Origin: Methanococcoides sp. | Lineage (GTDB): Archaea > Halobacteriota > Methanosarcinia > Methanosarcinales > Methanosarcinaceae | DNA length: 64,000 nt | Assembly (NCBI GenBank): GCA_021108185.1 | Contig: JAIORJ010000046.1 | Location: 1 to 64,000 of the forward strand | Reading direction: 5' to 3' | Part shown: positions 39,399 through 51,253 of the stretch, one piece after another | Numbering within the stretch: position 1 is the first letter of the stretch | How the letters are laid out: every line of letters begins with the position of its first letter | Notes under the pieces: model-generated | The model's input: only the letters and a program-made list of their open reading frames with translations | Database searches by the model: none | What the model was told of the DNA's origin: nothing | Translations under genes and position numbers: made by a program

Positions 39399-39686
39399 TT
39401 CGAACAGGAAATTGCAAAAAAGAATGGAGCAGTATTCGAAAATAAACAGAAAGATAGCAATACCCCCTGCCAACCATCCGAATTGTTTTGGAGATACTGG
39501 TAAAAAGTAGAACCAGTGGCATAAAAAAAGGGAAATTATTATATAATCAATCGTAATAGGAGAGTTCAGAATTTAACAACTATATGTTATCTGTAGTGTA
39601 ATTTGTCTAAATCACAAATCGTTTCAAGGATTAATTGAAACCGCTGGCATAAGACGGCTTTTCTAAAAAAAACGGGAGGTATCAGC

Positions 39687-40997
39687 ATAACTGGTGCTAC
39701 AAAACGAGATTTCCGCGCATACACCCTTTCAAATTATAAAGAGATCCCACAGATACAGAATTTTACTCAGGAGCAGCAAGAGGATATCGAGATCGCTGCA
39801 AGGATATTTCCGTTCCGCGTTAATAATTACGTTATCGATGAGCTCATTAATTGGGACAATGTACCCAATGATCCAATGTTCAGACTTACTTTTCCTAACA
39901 AGGACATGCTATTGCCCCCTCACTACGAGGAGATGAAGCACCTTTTACACACCGGTGCATCGGAAGTAGAGGTCCAACAGGCAATACATAAGATACGTTT
40001 GACCCTGAACCCACATCCTGCAGGGCAGCTTGATAAGAACGTTCCCGAACTTAACGGCAAGGTCCTTGAGGGAATGCAACACAAGTATAACGAAACCGTC
40101 CTTTTCTTCCCCACACAGGGACAGACCTGCCACACATTCTGCACTTTCTGCTTCAGGTGGGCACAATTCACCGGTATGAAAGACCTGAAGTTCGCCAGCA
40201 AGGAGATAGAGACGTTAGTATCATACCTCCAGGAACATCCAGAGGTCAAAGATGTGCTTTTCACAGGAGGAGATCCTATGACAATGAGCGCAAATCTCCT
40301 GAAAAGATACATCGAACCTCTCCTCGAGGCTGATATTCGCACACTTGAGAACATCAGGATAGGGACAAAATCATTAAGTTACTGGCCACAACGCTTTGTT
40401 TCGGACAAGGATAGCGAAGACATACTGTCCCTGTACTCCAATGTTACCGACCACAACAAGCACATGGCCATCATGGGACATTTCAACCACCCGGTAGAGC
40501 TTACAACAGATACAGTCAAGGAAGCCATAAAGAACATACGTGCGACCGGAGCACAGATACGAACCCAATCCCCCCTGATAGCCCACATAAATGATGATCC
40601 CGTCATCTGGGAACAGATGTGGAGAGAACAGGTACGACTTGGATGTATTCCCTACTACATGTTCATGGTAAGGGACACAGGTGCAAACCACTACTTCGAC
40701 ACTCCGATAGCAAGAGCATGGGAGATCTTCCAGGAAGCATACCAGAACGTGAGCGGACTCGCAAGGACCGTACGCGGACCAAGTATGTCCACTGACCCAG
40801 GGAAGATAAATGTCCTTGGCACACAGGAAATAAACGGGGAAAAGGTCTTTGTGCTTGAATTCCTGCAAGGCCGTGATTGTGGATGGGTACGTAAACCGTT
40901 CTTTGCAAAATATTCCCCGACAGCCTCATGGCTTACCGACCTTGAGCCTGCATTTGGGGAAAAGAAGTTCTTCTTTGAAGAGCCAGGAACGATATAA
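39687..40997 (+). CDS. KamA-family radical SAM protein (lysine 2,3-aminomutase-like)
   Basis: 'CHTFCTFCFRW' CxxxCxxC radical-SAM cluster. Conserved KamA N-terminal block 'FPFRVNNYVIDELINWDNVPNDP' lies upstream of the first ATG (39876) in the same frame with no ATG/GTG/TTG. A GGGAGG SD (39674-39679) is followed by an in-frame ATA at 39687. Confidence 0.65.
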   Translation: MTGATKRDFRAYTLSNYKEIPQIQNFTQEQQEDIEIAARIFPFRVNNYVIDELINWDNVPNDPMFRLTFPNKDMLLPPHYEEMKHLLHTGASEVEVQQAIHKIRLTLNPHPAGQLDKNVPELNGKVLEGMQHKYNETVLFFPTQGQTCHTFCTFCFRWAQFTGMKDLKFASKEIETLVSYLQEHPEVKDVLFTGGDPMTMSANLLKRYIEPLLEADIRTLENIRIGTKSLSYWPQRFVSDKDSEDILSLYSNVTDHNKHMAIMGHFNHPVELTTDTVKEAIKNIRATGAQIRTQSPLIAHINDDPVIWEQMWREQVRLGCIPYYMFMVRDTGANHYFDTPIARAWEIFQEAYQNVSGLARTVRGPSMSTDPGKINVLGTQEINGEKVFVLEFLQGRDCGWVRKPFFAKYSPTASWLTDLEPAFGEKKFFFEEPGTI

Positions 40998-41146
40998 GCA
41001 TTTAAGGGGACATCTTTACCCCTGTTTCCATACATATCATATTTTTAAAACATACGCCTTTTAACAATAATATTTAAATCAGTTACCGCATTAGGATAAC
41101 ACCTATACGTAGCCAAGGAACTGGACATATCCAGGAGGGCACCATC

Positions 41147-44100
41147 ATGATCAAAGAAGTTACTGACCAGTACAATGCCAAAGAGATCGAAACAAAGGTT
41201 CATGGATTCTGGGAGGCGAACAACGCCTACAGATCAGTACGTGAACACAGGAAAGGCGCTAAGAAATTCTATTTCGTGGACGGACCACCATACACCACAG
41301 GTCACATCCACCTTGGTACTGCCTGGAACAAGATAATCAAGGACAGTATCCTGCGTTACATGTCAATGAACGACCATGACATCCTTGACAGGGCAGGCTG
41401 GGACATGCACGGATTACCCATCGAGGTAAAGGTAGAAGGTGCCCTTGGTTTTGAATCAAAGAAGGACATCGAGACATATGGAGTAGGGAATTTCATTGAG
41501 AAATGTAAGGAGTTCGCACTTCGCCAGAAGGACGATATGACCGGACAGTTCCAAACCCTTGGTGTCTGGCTTGACTGGGAAGACCCTTACATGACGCTCA
41601 AGGATGAGTACATCGAAGCTGCATGGTGGACACTTAAACAAGCACAGGAAAAGAACCTGCTTGACACCGGAAAGAGAGTTGTCAACTGGTGTCCAAGATG
41701 CGAAACCGCAATTGCTGACGCGGAGGTCGAGTATGAGGATCGCGAAGACCCTTCAACTTATATTAAGTTCAAACTAAAGGATGAAGAGAACACTTTTGTC
41801 GTCATCTGGACTACGACCCCATGGACCATCCCGTCCAACATTGCTGTGGCAGTTCATCCAGAATTCGAGTATTCAAAAGTAAAAGCTATCAGTGAAAATA
41901 ATGCAACTGAGACATTGATAATCGCATCAGAGCTTGTTGAGAACGTTCTCAGAATTGGCAGATATTTAGATTATGAAGTTCTCAGTACGGTGTCAGGCAA
42001 AGACCTCGAGGGCACAGTTTACGAGCATCCCCTTGCAGACCTTGTACCTTTACAGGCAGAGATAGAACACAGGATATGCAATGCAGATTACGTTACAGCA
42101 GATAGCACAGGTTGTGTCCACATTGCGCCCGGACACGGTGTTGACGATTTTGAAGTTGGTGTAAAGAACGAACTCCCGATCTTCTGCCCCGTAGGCCCTA
42201 ATGGCAGTTACACCCATGAAGCAGGAAAATATTGCGGAATGAACATCCGTGATGCAAACCGCGTTGTTATGGATGATCTACTGGAGAGAGGACTGCTCAT
42301 GGCCGAGAGAATGATCAGCCACAGGTATGGTCATTGCTGGAGATGTAAAACAGCTATCATCTACCTTGCAACCGAACAGTGGTTCCTGAAGATAGGCGAG
42401 CTAAAGGAAGATATGCTCAAAGAGATCAAGAAGGTCAACTGGACACCTGAATGGGCAGGTTCTGCAAGGTTCAAGGACTGGATAGAGGGTGCACGTGACT
42501 GGTGTATCTCAAGACAGCGTTACTGGGGTATCCCGATCCCTGTCTGGAAATGTTCAAGTTGTAACAGCCTGACGGTTGTCGGAACCCGGGAAGAGCTTAT
42601 CGAACGCTCCGGAGCAGACCCGAATATCGAGCTGCACAGACCTTATGTTGACAAAGTGACAATACCATGTGAGTGTGGCGGAACCATGAAACGTGTCGAA
42701 GATGTCTTCGATGTATGGTTCGATTCCGCAGTGGCATCCTGGGCAACATTGAGATTCCCACATTCAAAGGAAAAATTCGATGAATGGTGGCCTGCTGACT
42801 TTATCACAGAAGGACACGACCAGACCCGAGGATGGTTCTATTCACAGCTTGGGGCCAGTATGGTGGCATTCGGAAAAGCACCATACAAGAATGTGCTCAT
42901 GCACGGTTTCACCCTTGACGGCAGCGGAAAGAAGATGTCAAAGAGCATTGGCAATGTCATACAGCCTGCCGAGGTAATCGATAAGTTCGGTGCAGACACC
43001 CTCAGATCATATGTACTATCAGCAAGTGCACCCTGGGAAGACCTGAAGTTCAACTGGGATGAGCTGGCAACAGTGCACAGGACGAACAACATCCTGTGGA
43101 ATGTATACAGATTCCCGCTTCCATACATGGCACTTGACGACTTCGACCCACAGAAGGTTTCATACGAATCCGTTGAAGCCCATCTGAGAAGCGAGGACAA
43201 ATGGATCCTTTCACGCATGCAGACAGTGATCGCTGAGGTCAATAAGGCAATGGATGCGAGATTATTGCACAAGGCAATGCGTTCCATCAATGAATTCGTG
43301 CTCGAGGACCTTTCGAGATGGTATATCCAGCTCATCAGACCAAGGACATGGGTAGAAGCAGACAATCCCGACAAACTGGCAGTCTACAGGGTACTCTACG
43401 ATGTGTTCGTGACCACTGCAAAGTTGATCGCACCATTCATGCCACACCTTGCAGAGGAAATGTACCAGAACCTTGTCAGGAACGTTGACGAGAATGCTCC
43501 TGTGACCATCCATCTCTGCGATTGGCCAGCTGTCAACGAAGCACTTGTTGACACAAGCCTTGAAGCACAGATGAAGGTCGCACGCTCTATCGTCGAGGCT
43601 TCTTCCAACGCTCGCCAGAAGGTAGGACGTAAACTCAGATGGCCGGTATCACGTATCGTGGTCAGCCCAACCGATGACAACACTATTGCTGCTGTCGAAG
43701 GACTGCGCTCTGTCCTTATGGACCAGACCAATGCCAAGGATATCGAGACTACCAATGTCGGCGAAAGCTGGAATGAGCTTGGAGTGGAATCCGCACCTAA
43801 CCCAGGGGCCATCGGACCGGTCTTCAAGGGAGATGCAGGCAAGATCAGTGCAGCTATCAGTGCAATGGATGCTTATGACCTGAAGAAAGGACTTGTCGGC
43901 GGAGAGATGGAGATATCTCTTGCAGACGGTACGAACGTGACCATCACTGAGAAAATGGTCAACTTCAGCGAAACAGTTCCGGAAAATGTGGGAAGTGCTG
44001 AATTCAACGGCGGAATGGTGTTCGTTGATGCAAAGCTTACCCGCGAGATAGAGTCAGAAGGCTATTCAAGAGAGGTCATTCGCAGAATACAGGACATGCG

Positions 44101-44323
44101 CAAGGAACTTGACCTTGATGTCGATGACAGTATCAGAGGGCACATACAGATCAGCGATGAAAGAGTACTCGACCTTGTTCTCGACTTTGAGAACTACATC
44201 GCAAAAGAAGTACGTTCAAACGTGCTTGTGATCGGTCTGGATGTCGAGACCACCGGAGAGCTCGCAAAGGAATGGAATGTCGAAGGCATCCCAATGACCA
44301 TAGCGATCTCAAAGGAAGAATAA
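41147..44323 (+). CDS. ileS: isoleucyl-tRNA synthetase
   Basis: '[11 protein letters not shown]' HIGH motif, 'KMSKS', CP1 editing region, zinc-binding C-terminus; 1058 aa. Confidence 0.96.
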   Translation: MIKEVTDQYNAKEIETKVHGFWEANNAYRSVREHRKGAKKFYFVDGPPYTTGHIHLGTAWNKIIKDSILRYMSMNDHDILDRAGWDMHGLPIEVKVEGALGFESKKDIETYGVGNFIEKCKEFALRQKDDMTGQFQTLGVWLDWEDPYMTLKDEYIEAAWWTLKQAQEKNLLDTGKRVVNWCPRCETAIADAEVEYEDREDPSTYIKFKLKDEENTFVVIWTTTPWTIPSNIAVAVHPEFEYSKVKAISENNATETLIIASELVENVLRIGRYLDYEVLSTVSGKDLEGTVYEHPLADLVPLQAEIEHRICNADYVTADSTGCVHIAPGHGVDDFEVGVKNELPIFCPVGPNGSYTHEAGKYCGMNIRDANRVVMDDLLERGLLMAERMISHRYGHCWRCKTAIIYLATEQWFLKIGELKEDMLKEIKKVNWTPEWAGSARFKDWIEGARDWCISRQRYWGIPIPVWKCSSCNSLTVVGTREELIERSGADPNIELHRPYVDKVTIPCECGGTMKRVEDVFDVWFDSAVASWATLRFPHSKEKFDEWWPADFITEGHDQTRGWFYSQLGASMVAFGKAPYKNVLMHGFTLDGSGKKMSKSIGNVIQPAEVIDKFGADTLRSYVLSASAPWEDLKFNWDELATVHRTNNILWNVYRFPLPYMALDDFDPQKVSYESVEAHLRSEDKWILSRMQTVIAEVNKAMDARLLHKAMRSINEFVLEDLSRWYIQLIRPRTWVEADNPDKLAVYRVLYDVFVTTAKLIAPFMPHLAEEMYQNLVRNVDENAPVTIHLCDWPAVNEALVDTSLEAQMKVARSIVEASSNARQKVGRKLRWPVSRIVVSPTDDNTIAAVEGLRSVLMDQTNAKDIETTNVGESWNELGVESAPNPGAIGPVFKGDAGKISAAISAMDAYDLKKGLVGGEMEISLADGTNVTITEKMVNFSETVPENVGSAEFNGGMVFVDAKLTREIESEGYSREVIRRIQDMRKELDLDVDDSIRGHIQISDERVLDLVLDFENYIAKEVRSNVLVIGLDVETTGELAKEWNVEGIPMTIAISKEE

Positions 44324-44332
44324 AACAAAGGT

Positions 44333-44962
44333 GTGAAAATGGATTTTAAAAAATGGGAGCCAGTCTATGAAGCTATCCTCGAGGACTTCGGGTTCTCAAG
44401 GGAAGATGATCAGAATGCTGCCAACATTCTTTCCCATCTTTTGATAGGACCTAATACCGCAAGTACCGATGTACTTGAAGAGCTCATTTCCGGAAAGGAT
44501 GTGCTGGTCTGTGGGAATGCACCCACACTGGCACAAGAGCTCGACCAGGTCAAGATCGAAGGCCACGTTGTCATCGCAGCCGACGGTGCCACTGCAACCC
44601 TTGTGGACAGAGGTATTATCCCGGCAGTAATCGTGACAGACCTTGACGGTGATGTGGAAAAAGAGATACAGGCAAATCAGGAAGGCTCAATTGCAGTCAT
44701 ACACGCCCACGGTGATAATATTGAACTGATACTCAAGTATGTCTCAAGGTTCAACAACATCATCGGCACCACACAGGCAGCACCCTTTGGCAACATATAC
44801 AACTTCGGTGGTTTCACCGACGGTGACAGATGCGTTTTCCTCGCAGGCGAGTTCAATGCGGCCAGCATAACCCTTGCAGGTTTCGATTTTGATGATGAGA
44901 ACGTAACTGAGATGAAACATAAGAAGCTTGGCTGGGCAAAGAAGTTGCTCGGCGTCCTCTGA
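44333..44962 (+). CDS. DUF115-family protein, possibly archaeal 6-hydroxymethyl-7,8-dihydropterin pyrophosphokinase (MptE-like)
   Basis: 'DVLVCGNAPTL' Rossmann-like motif and 'AADGAT' block. Family assignment by recollection. Confidence 0.4.
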   Translation: MKMDFKKWEPVYEAILEDFGFSREDDQNAANILSHLLIGPNTASTDVLEELISGKDVLVCGNAPTLAQELDQVKIEGHVVIAADGATATLVDRGIIPAVIVTDLDGDVEKEIQANQEGSIAVIHAHGDNIELILKYVSRFNNIIGTTQAAPFGNIYNFGGFTDGDRCVFLAGEFNAASITLAGFDFDDENVTEMKHKKLGWAKKLLGVL

Positions 44963-44964
44963 GC

Positions 44965-44999
44965 TTTTTCTTTCTTTCTTTCTTTCTTTCTTCTTTTTT
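44965..44999 (+). repeat. (TTTC)6 microsatellite / oligo-T tract immediately after the stop codon
   Basis: Sequence tttttc(tttc)5ttctttttt; probable archaeal oligo-T terminator and a slippage-prone repeat. Confidence 0.8.
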
Positions 45000-45243
45000 G
45001 TTCATCAATTAGTATTTTGAGAGAATATACGAAAAGTTGGTTCGGACCTACGCCATGGGAGGAACAACTATTTCAGACAGAATCGAGATGAAATTATTTC
45101 CATACACCACCCATAAATATTGATGCCAATCACAATAATACAGTATATTTTATATTGTTTCAATTGTAATATTAAATCGAAAATATAGTCCTTCATTACA
45201 TTATAAATAAAATAACGTTCATTATAAATTTTAAAGAGGTTTT

Positions 45244-46380
45244 ATGCGAACTTTAGTGATCTGCATCGACAGGGATAATGACCTGGGAGAAAAGGCGAAT
45301 GTCTCCAGCCCGATCATAGGGCGTGAAGATAATATCAAGGCTGCAGTGGAACTTGCTACTGTCGATCCTGAAGACTCCGACTCAAATACGATCTTCGGAG
45401 GCATAAATGTCCTCAATGAGCTACACTCAAAGGGTATTGATGCGGAAATTGTGACCTTTGCAGGGGACAAGAATGTAGGGGTAATATCAGATCAGAGGAT
45501 AGTTGTCCAGCTTGATGCATTCCTGGAAGAGAATGAGATCACGAATGCGATCTTTATTTCCGATGGTGCAGAGGATGAAACTCTTATACCTATCGTCCAA
45601 TCACGCGTCAAGATAGACTCCGTAAAACGAATAGTGGTCCAGCAGAGTGCAAATCTTGAAAGTACATACTACATCCTCAAGAACGCATTCAATGACCCGA
45701 AGATATCACAAACGTTCTTCGTACCAATTGGACTTACAGCATTGATATATGCAATATTCCTTCTGGCAAACTATCCCGAAGGTGCCATAATCGGTATTTC
45801 AGCAGCCATAGGTGCGTACATGCTTTACCGCGGATTCAATCTTGACCAGCCTTTCGCCCTTTTAAGGGAAAAGATGAAGGGGTCCTACTACGAAGGGCAA
45901 ATGACATTTGTGACAAATGCAATTGCCATAATCGTCGCAGTAATAGCCACAATGATAGGAGCGATCACATTGTGGAATTACTTTACTGCAGGCGGTGGCT
46001 GGTATTATGGACTTATCACGTTATTTACCGTATTCATCAATGTTACGGTCTGGTGGTATGTGATAGCCATACTTTTTGCCAACGTCGGAAAAATGGTCGA
46101 CCTGAAAATAAACGATCATTTTTCATTAAAAGATGTTTCACCATCCCTATTCATTATAGCAATGGGATTGCTTTTCTGGGGTGCAAGTACCTACATACTT
46201 ACAGTCAGCGCATTACCCGGTGCAACGGACTCACCCAACCTTAGTATCCAATATTTCATCTATTCAGTAGTAGGAGCGATAATAATTGCTCTTGCAGGCA
46301 TTAAGATATCCCTGAATGGATCCTTTTCTGACACACAACGTAAGATCAAGAAAGGTAAAAAGGATAAAAATAAGAACTAA
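45244..46380 (+). CDS. conserved archaeal integral membrane protein (DUF373-like)
   Basis: Soluble N-terminal domain plus about six TM helices; Lys-rich C-terminus. Confidence 0.45.
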   Translation: MRTLVICIDRDNDLGEKANVSSPIIGREDNIKAAVELATVDPEDSDSNTIFGGINVLNELHSKGIDAEIVTFAGDKNVGVISDQRIVVQLDAFLEENEITNAIFISDGAEDETLIPIVQSRVKIDSVKRIVVQQSANLESTYYILKNAFNDPKISQTFFVPIGLTALIYAIFLLANYPEGAIIGISAAIGAYMLYRGFNLDQPFALLREKMKGSYYEGQMTFVTNAIAIIVAVIATMIGAITLWNYFTAGGGWYYGLITLFTVFINVTVWWYVIAILFANVGKMVDLKINDHFSLKDVSPSLFIIAMGLLFWGASTYILTVSALPGATDSPNLSIQYFIYSVVGAIIIALAGIKISLNGSFSDTQRKIKKGKKDKNKN

Positions 46381-46398
46381 ACCGACAAATTACCACCC

Positions 46399-47163
46399 AT
46401 GAGCGTAGATGTAGCAATACTTGGTGGTGTCGGATCCTCTTCTTTTACAGACGGAGACACAAAGATCGTAGCTACTCCCTATGGAGATGTAGGAGTGTAC
46501 ATCATCCATAACAATGGGAAGAGCATCGCAATGGTCCCCAGACATTCCGGTGCAGCAGAACATGTGCCTCCACACATGATCAATTACCGTGCCATCATAT
46601 GGGCCATCCGTGAACTTGGTGTGAAAAGGATAATAGCAACCAACTCAGTAGGCACCATGAAAGATCATCCAATAGGAAGCTTTGTAGTAACTGATGATTT
46701 TATCGACCTTACCAAAAGCCGCATATCCACGTTCTATGACAAGGAAACCGTTCATGTGGACATGACGGAGCCATATTGTCACATCATAAGCAAATGCCTG
46801 ATGGATTCCCTTGACAAAAAAGGTCTCAGCTATACCAGAGGCACATACGTATGCACCGAAGGACCACGTTTTGAGACACGTGCAGAAATAGTGATGATGA
46901 GCACTTTCGGCGATATAGTGGGAATGACAGGATTACCGGAAGTTGTGCTGGCAAGGGAACTGGAAATTTGTTATGCATCCATCTGCACCATCACTAACCA
47001 GGCTTGCGGAATGGCCGATAGCAAGATAACCACAGATGAAGTTGTGGAAGAACTTAGTACAAAACAGGATATCCTGCTGGAAATACTGTTCGATGCCATC
47101 GAGAACCTTCCCATGGAAAGGGATTGTGGCTGCAAAGATGCAACCCACGGTGCACGCCTTTAA
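46399..47163 (+). CDS. mtnP: 5'-methylthioadenosine / purine nucleoside phosphorylase (PNP family)
   Basis: 'IAMVPRHSGAAEH', 'VGTMKDHPIG', 'CTEGPRFETRAE' PNP/MTAP motifs; Cys-rich C-terminus as in archaeal MTAPs. Confidence 0.75.
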   Translation: MSVDVAILGGVGSSSFTDGDTKIVATPYGDVGVYIIHNNGKSIAMVPRHSGAAEHVPPHMINYRAIIWAIRELGVKRIIATNSVGTMKDHPIGSFVVTDDFIDLTKSRISTFYDKETVHVDMTEPYCHIISKCLMDSLDKKGLSYTRGTYVCTEGPRFETRAEIVMMSTFGDIVGMTGLPEVVLARELEICYASICTITNQACGMADSKITTDEVVEELSTKQDILLEILFDAIENLPMERDCGCKDATHGARL

Positions 47164-47416
47164 GGCAAGTATGGAAATGATGTGAAGGGAATATTATCAC
47201 ACATAATTGCATCGCATGATGTCGTTAATATGAGTTCGAACTGAAATTAGTGAACTACTGAAATTAAATAATCGCTTCCAAGAGAAATAACTAAATACAA
47301 TGTAACATCAATTTTAACGCAGATATTGGATCATAGCAGCTTAAGCTCGTGACTTAAAATTATTATTTGGCGAAGGTCAACCTCTCGACTGTAAAAGGTA
47401 CAGGAAAATAAATACA

Positions 47417-49477
47417 ATGACAAAATTCGATGTAAGAACAGAACTTGAGTCGGTCATTAACAAGAGTCCTGTCGTAGTATTTCTATGCAAAGCAGAACAA
47501 GGCTGGCCTGTGGAATTCGTATCAGATAATGTTGTAAAGTTGGATTACACCGTCGAGGATTTTGAATCCGGACGTATTAACTATGCTGATATTATACATC
47601 CGGATGATCTGGAATATGTTCATTCCGAGGTTTCAAGGAACTCTGGAGAAGGAAGCATAGAATACACCTAGAAATATAGAATACTGACAAAATCCGGAGA
47701 TGTTAGGTGGGTCGATGATAGGACTTTTATTAGACGTGATGAGGATGGGACGATAACCCACTATCAGGGGATCATTCTGGACGTAACTGAACGTCAGGAA
47801 GCAGAAGAAGCCTTGAAGGACGCCTTAAAGCAGACAAAAGAGATGGAATTTGTCATAAATAGTAGTCCTGTAGTCGTATTTATATGGAAGAATGAACCCA
47901 ACTGGCCTGTAGAGTTTGTTTCGGATAATATCCTACAATTTGGGTATACTGCAAATGAGTTAATATCGGGGCAAATTCTCTATTCTGACATTATACATCC
48001 GGATGATCTGGAATATGTTCGTTCAAGTTTTCGAACGAAACCTGAAGAGACTGATAAGGGCTTTACCGTAGATTATAGGATAGTGACCAAATTTGGAGAA
48101 GTTAGGTGGGTCAGTGAGAGAACTTTGATCCGGCGTGACGAAGCTGGTGTGGCCATTTCTCTTCAGGGTATCATTCTTGACATCACAGAACGCAAAAAAG
48201 CAGAAGAAGCCCTTCGTCTTGACGAGTTCCGTCTTGAAGCGCTTTTGAAACTTAACAAAATGGCTGGTGCATCTTTGCAGGAGATCACAGATTTTGCCCG
48301 CGAAGAAGCAGTCAAGCTAACTAAGAGCAAACAGGGTTATCTTGCATTCATGAGTCCGGATGAGAGTGCCCTTATCATGCATTCGTGGTCTAGGGATGCA
48401 ATGGAAGAGTGCAAGATCGGTGACAAACCTTTAGTCTATCCTCTGGAGACCACAGGACTATGGGGAGAAGCCGTAAGGCAGAGAATGCCCATCATTACAA
48501 ATGATTACCAAGCGTCCAATCCCTTTAAGAAAGGATATCCAGAAGGTCATGTGGAACTGAAACGTCATATGAATGTTCCAATCTTCGATGGTGATCGTAT
48601 CGTCATTGTGGCAGGAGTGGGGAATAAAGAAGAGAACTACGATGAATCAGATATCCGCCAGTTGACACTACTGATGCAAGGTATGTGGACACACATACAA
48701 CACAAGTTGGCTGCGGATGAACTTAAACAATACTCGCAAGAGTTGACTAAGATCAACAAGGAGCTCTCTGAAGCAAATGAGGAATTGAAATCCCTTGATA
48801 AAATGAAGGATGAATTCATCTCAAATGTAAGCCATGAACTCAAAACACCTCTTGTATCTATCATAGGATATAGCGAACTTATATATGAAGGTACATTGGG
48901 TAATGTTAGAGATCAGCAGAAAAACGCATTGGAGACGATTTTACGTAATTCCAAGCGGCTCAGACGTTTAGTTGACTCTCTTTTGCACATGAGTCTGACA
49001 CAAGCAGAGGCTATTGAATATGTATTTGAACCGGTTCAGATTGCAGAAATAATAGATGATGCAATCACAGACATGATTCCTTTGATAAATGAGAAAAACT
49101 TGACTATTAAAAAAGATGTGCCTGATAATCTGTCTGATATAAGAGGTGATGAACATAAATTGACAGATCTGTTTACCCATCTTATCGATAATGCAGTCAA
49201 GTTCACCCCTTCTGGTGAAATAACTCTAGAGACATATGAAGAGGAAGATAGTCTGCACATAAAAGTGTCAGATACAGGAATAGGTATCGCCAAAGATCTA
49301 ATTCCCCACCTGTTCCAGAAATTCTATCAGGTTGACTCATCAATAAGGCGCAAATATGGGGGTACCGGACTGGGTCTGTATATATGCAAAAATATTGTTG
49401 AAGCACATAATGGAGAGATCTGGGGCGAAAGTGAGGAAAACGTGGGAACAACAGTTCATGCGAGATTGCCAAAATAA
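47417..49477 (+). CDS. PAS-PAS-GAF histidine kinase (HisKA+HATPase_c) interrupted by one in-frame TAG codon at 47669-47671
   Basis: The track ORFs 47417-47671 and 47813-49477 share a frame, and translation is continuous and conserved across the TAG ('SIEYT*KYRILTKSGDVRWVDDRTF'). H-box 'SHELKTPL', N-box 'DNAVKFT', 'DTGIGI', 'GGTGLGL'. Confidence 0.6.
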
Positions 49478-50051
49478 AAATAGATTTTTTTATTTTGTTT
49501 TTAATTTATTTAGTGTCATAATTATAACCATTTAACAACTAATGTAAATACAGTATGGCAAAAATCATAAAGTCGTTTTTCAAAAATCAGAAAAGCAAGG
49601 GGAAAATGGGTAACAACAATAATGCATACACCCCCCTTGTATTTTGATGCGAGTTATCAGTTGTTATTTAAAATTCAATTTGTCCTCCACTCAACTGCCC
49701 AGCCCTGAATACTTTGCAGAGTTCGCGTGGGGGAAGAGTGTTGCTATCACACTCAACGCAGATCTGCGTTTAGTGGCAGTTCCAACGAGAAGTAGTTTTT
49801 TAATGTACTGGATCGTGTGGTACGAATAAGACGAACGATACGACACCTAAGGCCTTGGAACTGTATCCATTGCTTATGTCTTCATTTTCAGTATTGTTTT
49901 ACAAAATTCTACCATTAATAGAACTGTGAATTCTCATTCTGCTGAATGTTAGATTGAATCTGTTTATTTTTGCTGCCTGTACACAAATCAATCTATTCAT
50001 CACAAACTTGCGTACAGCCTGGAATCGATTAATATATAGAATAAACCTGCA

Positions 50052-51023
50052 TCATTTAGTATCAGAATCAAACTTTTCCTGCCACCCACGCTGTACCCAT
50101 GCTGCTGGCCCATGAATCCTTTTAGCTGCATCTTCAACCCACTTACGTTTAATGTGTGTCCACATGCCCTGCATCAACAACGTCAATTGACGGACATCTG
50201 ATTCATCATAATCCTCTTCTTTGTTTCCAACCCCTGCAACAGCAACGATTCGATTACCATCAAATATGGGGACATTCATGTGGCTTTTTATTTCCACATG
50301 TTCCTCTGGATATCCTTTCTTAAGAGGACTGGAAGTGGAATAATCATTGGTTACAATGGGTTTTCTCTGTCTTACAGCTTCTCCCCAAAGACCGGTACTT
50401 TCCAGAGGATATTCTATGGGTTTATCTCTAATTTTGCAAACTTTCATCGCGATTCTGGACCAGGAATGCATTATGAGAATTTTTTCATCAGCACTCAAAA
50501 ATGCAAGATAGCCCAGCTTGCTTCGGGTAAGTCTTATCCCTTCTTCAAGGGCAAAATCCGTGATCTCCTGCAGTGGTGCTCCAGTCATCTGGCTAAGTTG
50601 CAGCAGTGCTTCCAGGCGAGACACATTGAGTTCCAATGCCTCCTCTGCCTTTTTGCGTTCTGTGATGTCAAGAATGATACCCTGAAGAGAAATGGCCACA
50701 CCAGCTTCGTCACGCCGGATCAAAGTTCTCTCACTAACCCATCTCATATCTCCAAATTTAGTCAGTATTCTATAATCTAAAGTAAAACCTTTATGCACTT
50801 TTTCTTCAAGATATTTGTCAAACTCTGCGCGAACACGTTCCAGATCATCTGGATGTATTATGTCAGCATAGGGAATGCGTCCTGATGTGAAATCTTCTGG
50901 CATATAACCAAATAGCAGGATATTATCTGTTACGTATTCCACAGGCCAGTCTTTCTCTGCCTTCCACAAAAAAACAATTATCGGACTGCTATTGATAATT
51001 TCTTCCATATCAATTTGCGTCAT
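50052..51023 (-). CDS. PAS-GAF sensor protein without output domain (paralog of 13039-15492 and 47417-49477)
   Basis: 'SSPIIVFLWKAEKDWPVEYVTDN...IIHPDD...YRILTKFGDMRWVSERT' and GAF block 'KPIVTNDY...GYPEEH'. Start at ATG 51023 after a GGAGAAAGGGG SD. Confidence 0.7.
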   Translation of the reverse strand: MTQIDMEEIINSSPIIVFLWKAEKDWPVEYVTDNILLFGYMPEDFTSGRIPYADIIHPDDLERVRAEFDKYLEEKVHKGFTLDYRILTKFGDMRWVSERTLIRRDEAGVAISLQGIILDITERKKAEEALELNVSRLEALLQLSQMTGAPLQEITDFALEEGIRLTRSKLGYLAFLSADEKILIMHSWSRIAMKVCKIRDKPIEYPLESTGLWGEAVRQRKPIVTNDYSTSSPLKKGYPEEHVEIKSHMNVPIFDGNRIVAVAGVGNKEEDYDESDVRQLTLLMQGMWTHIKRKWVEDAAKRIHGPAAWVQRGWQEKFDSDTK

Positions 51024-51253
51024 ATTATTCCCCTTTCTCCATTTATTAGACTTCAGAAGAATCAAACTCTCTGCCAGGTGGCATCATGATAATTTTACTG
51101 TACTATTGCAGATATTAATTACCGAATATCCATTTGTGTAAATGTTTTTATTTTATGCTATATCTACTTATCTGACTTGGGCGAAAGGTAAAACAAGAAG
51201 AAATTAATATAAATGTCAGGATTTTATCTAAATCACAATAAAAATAAATATTT

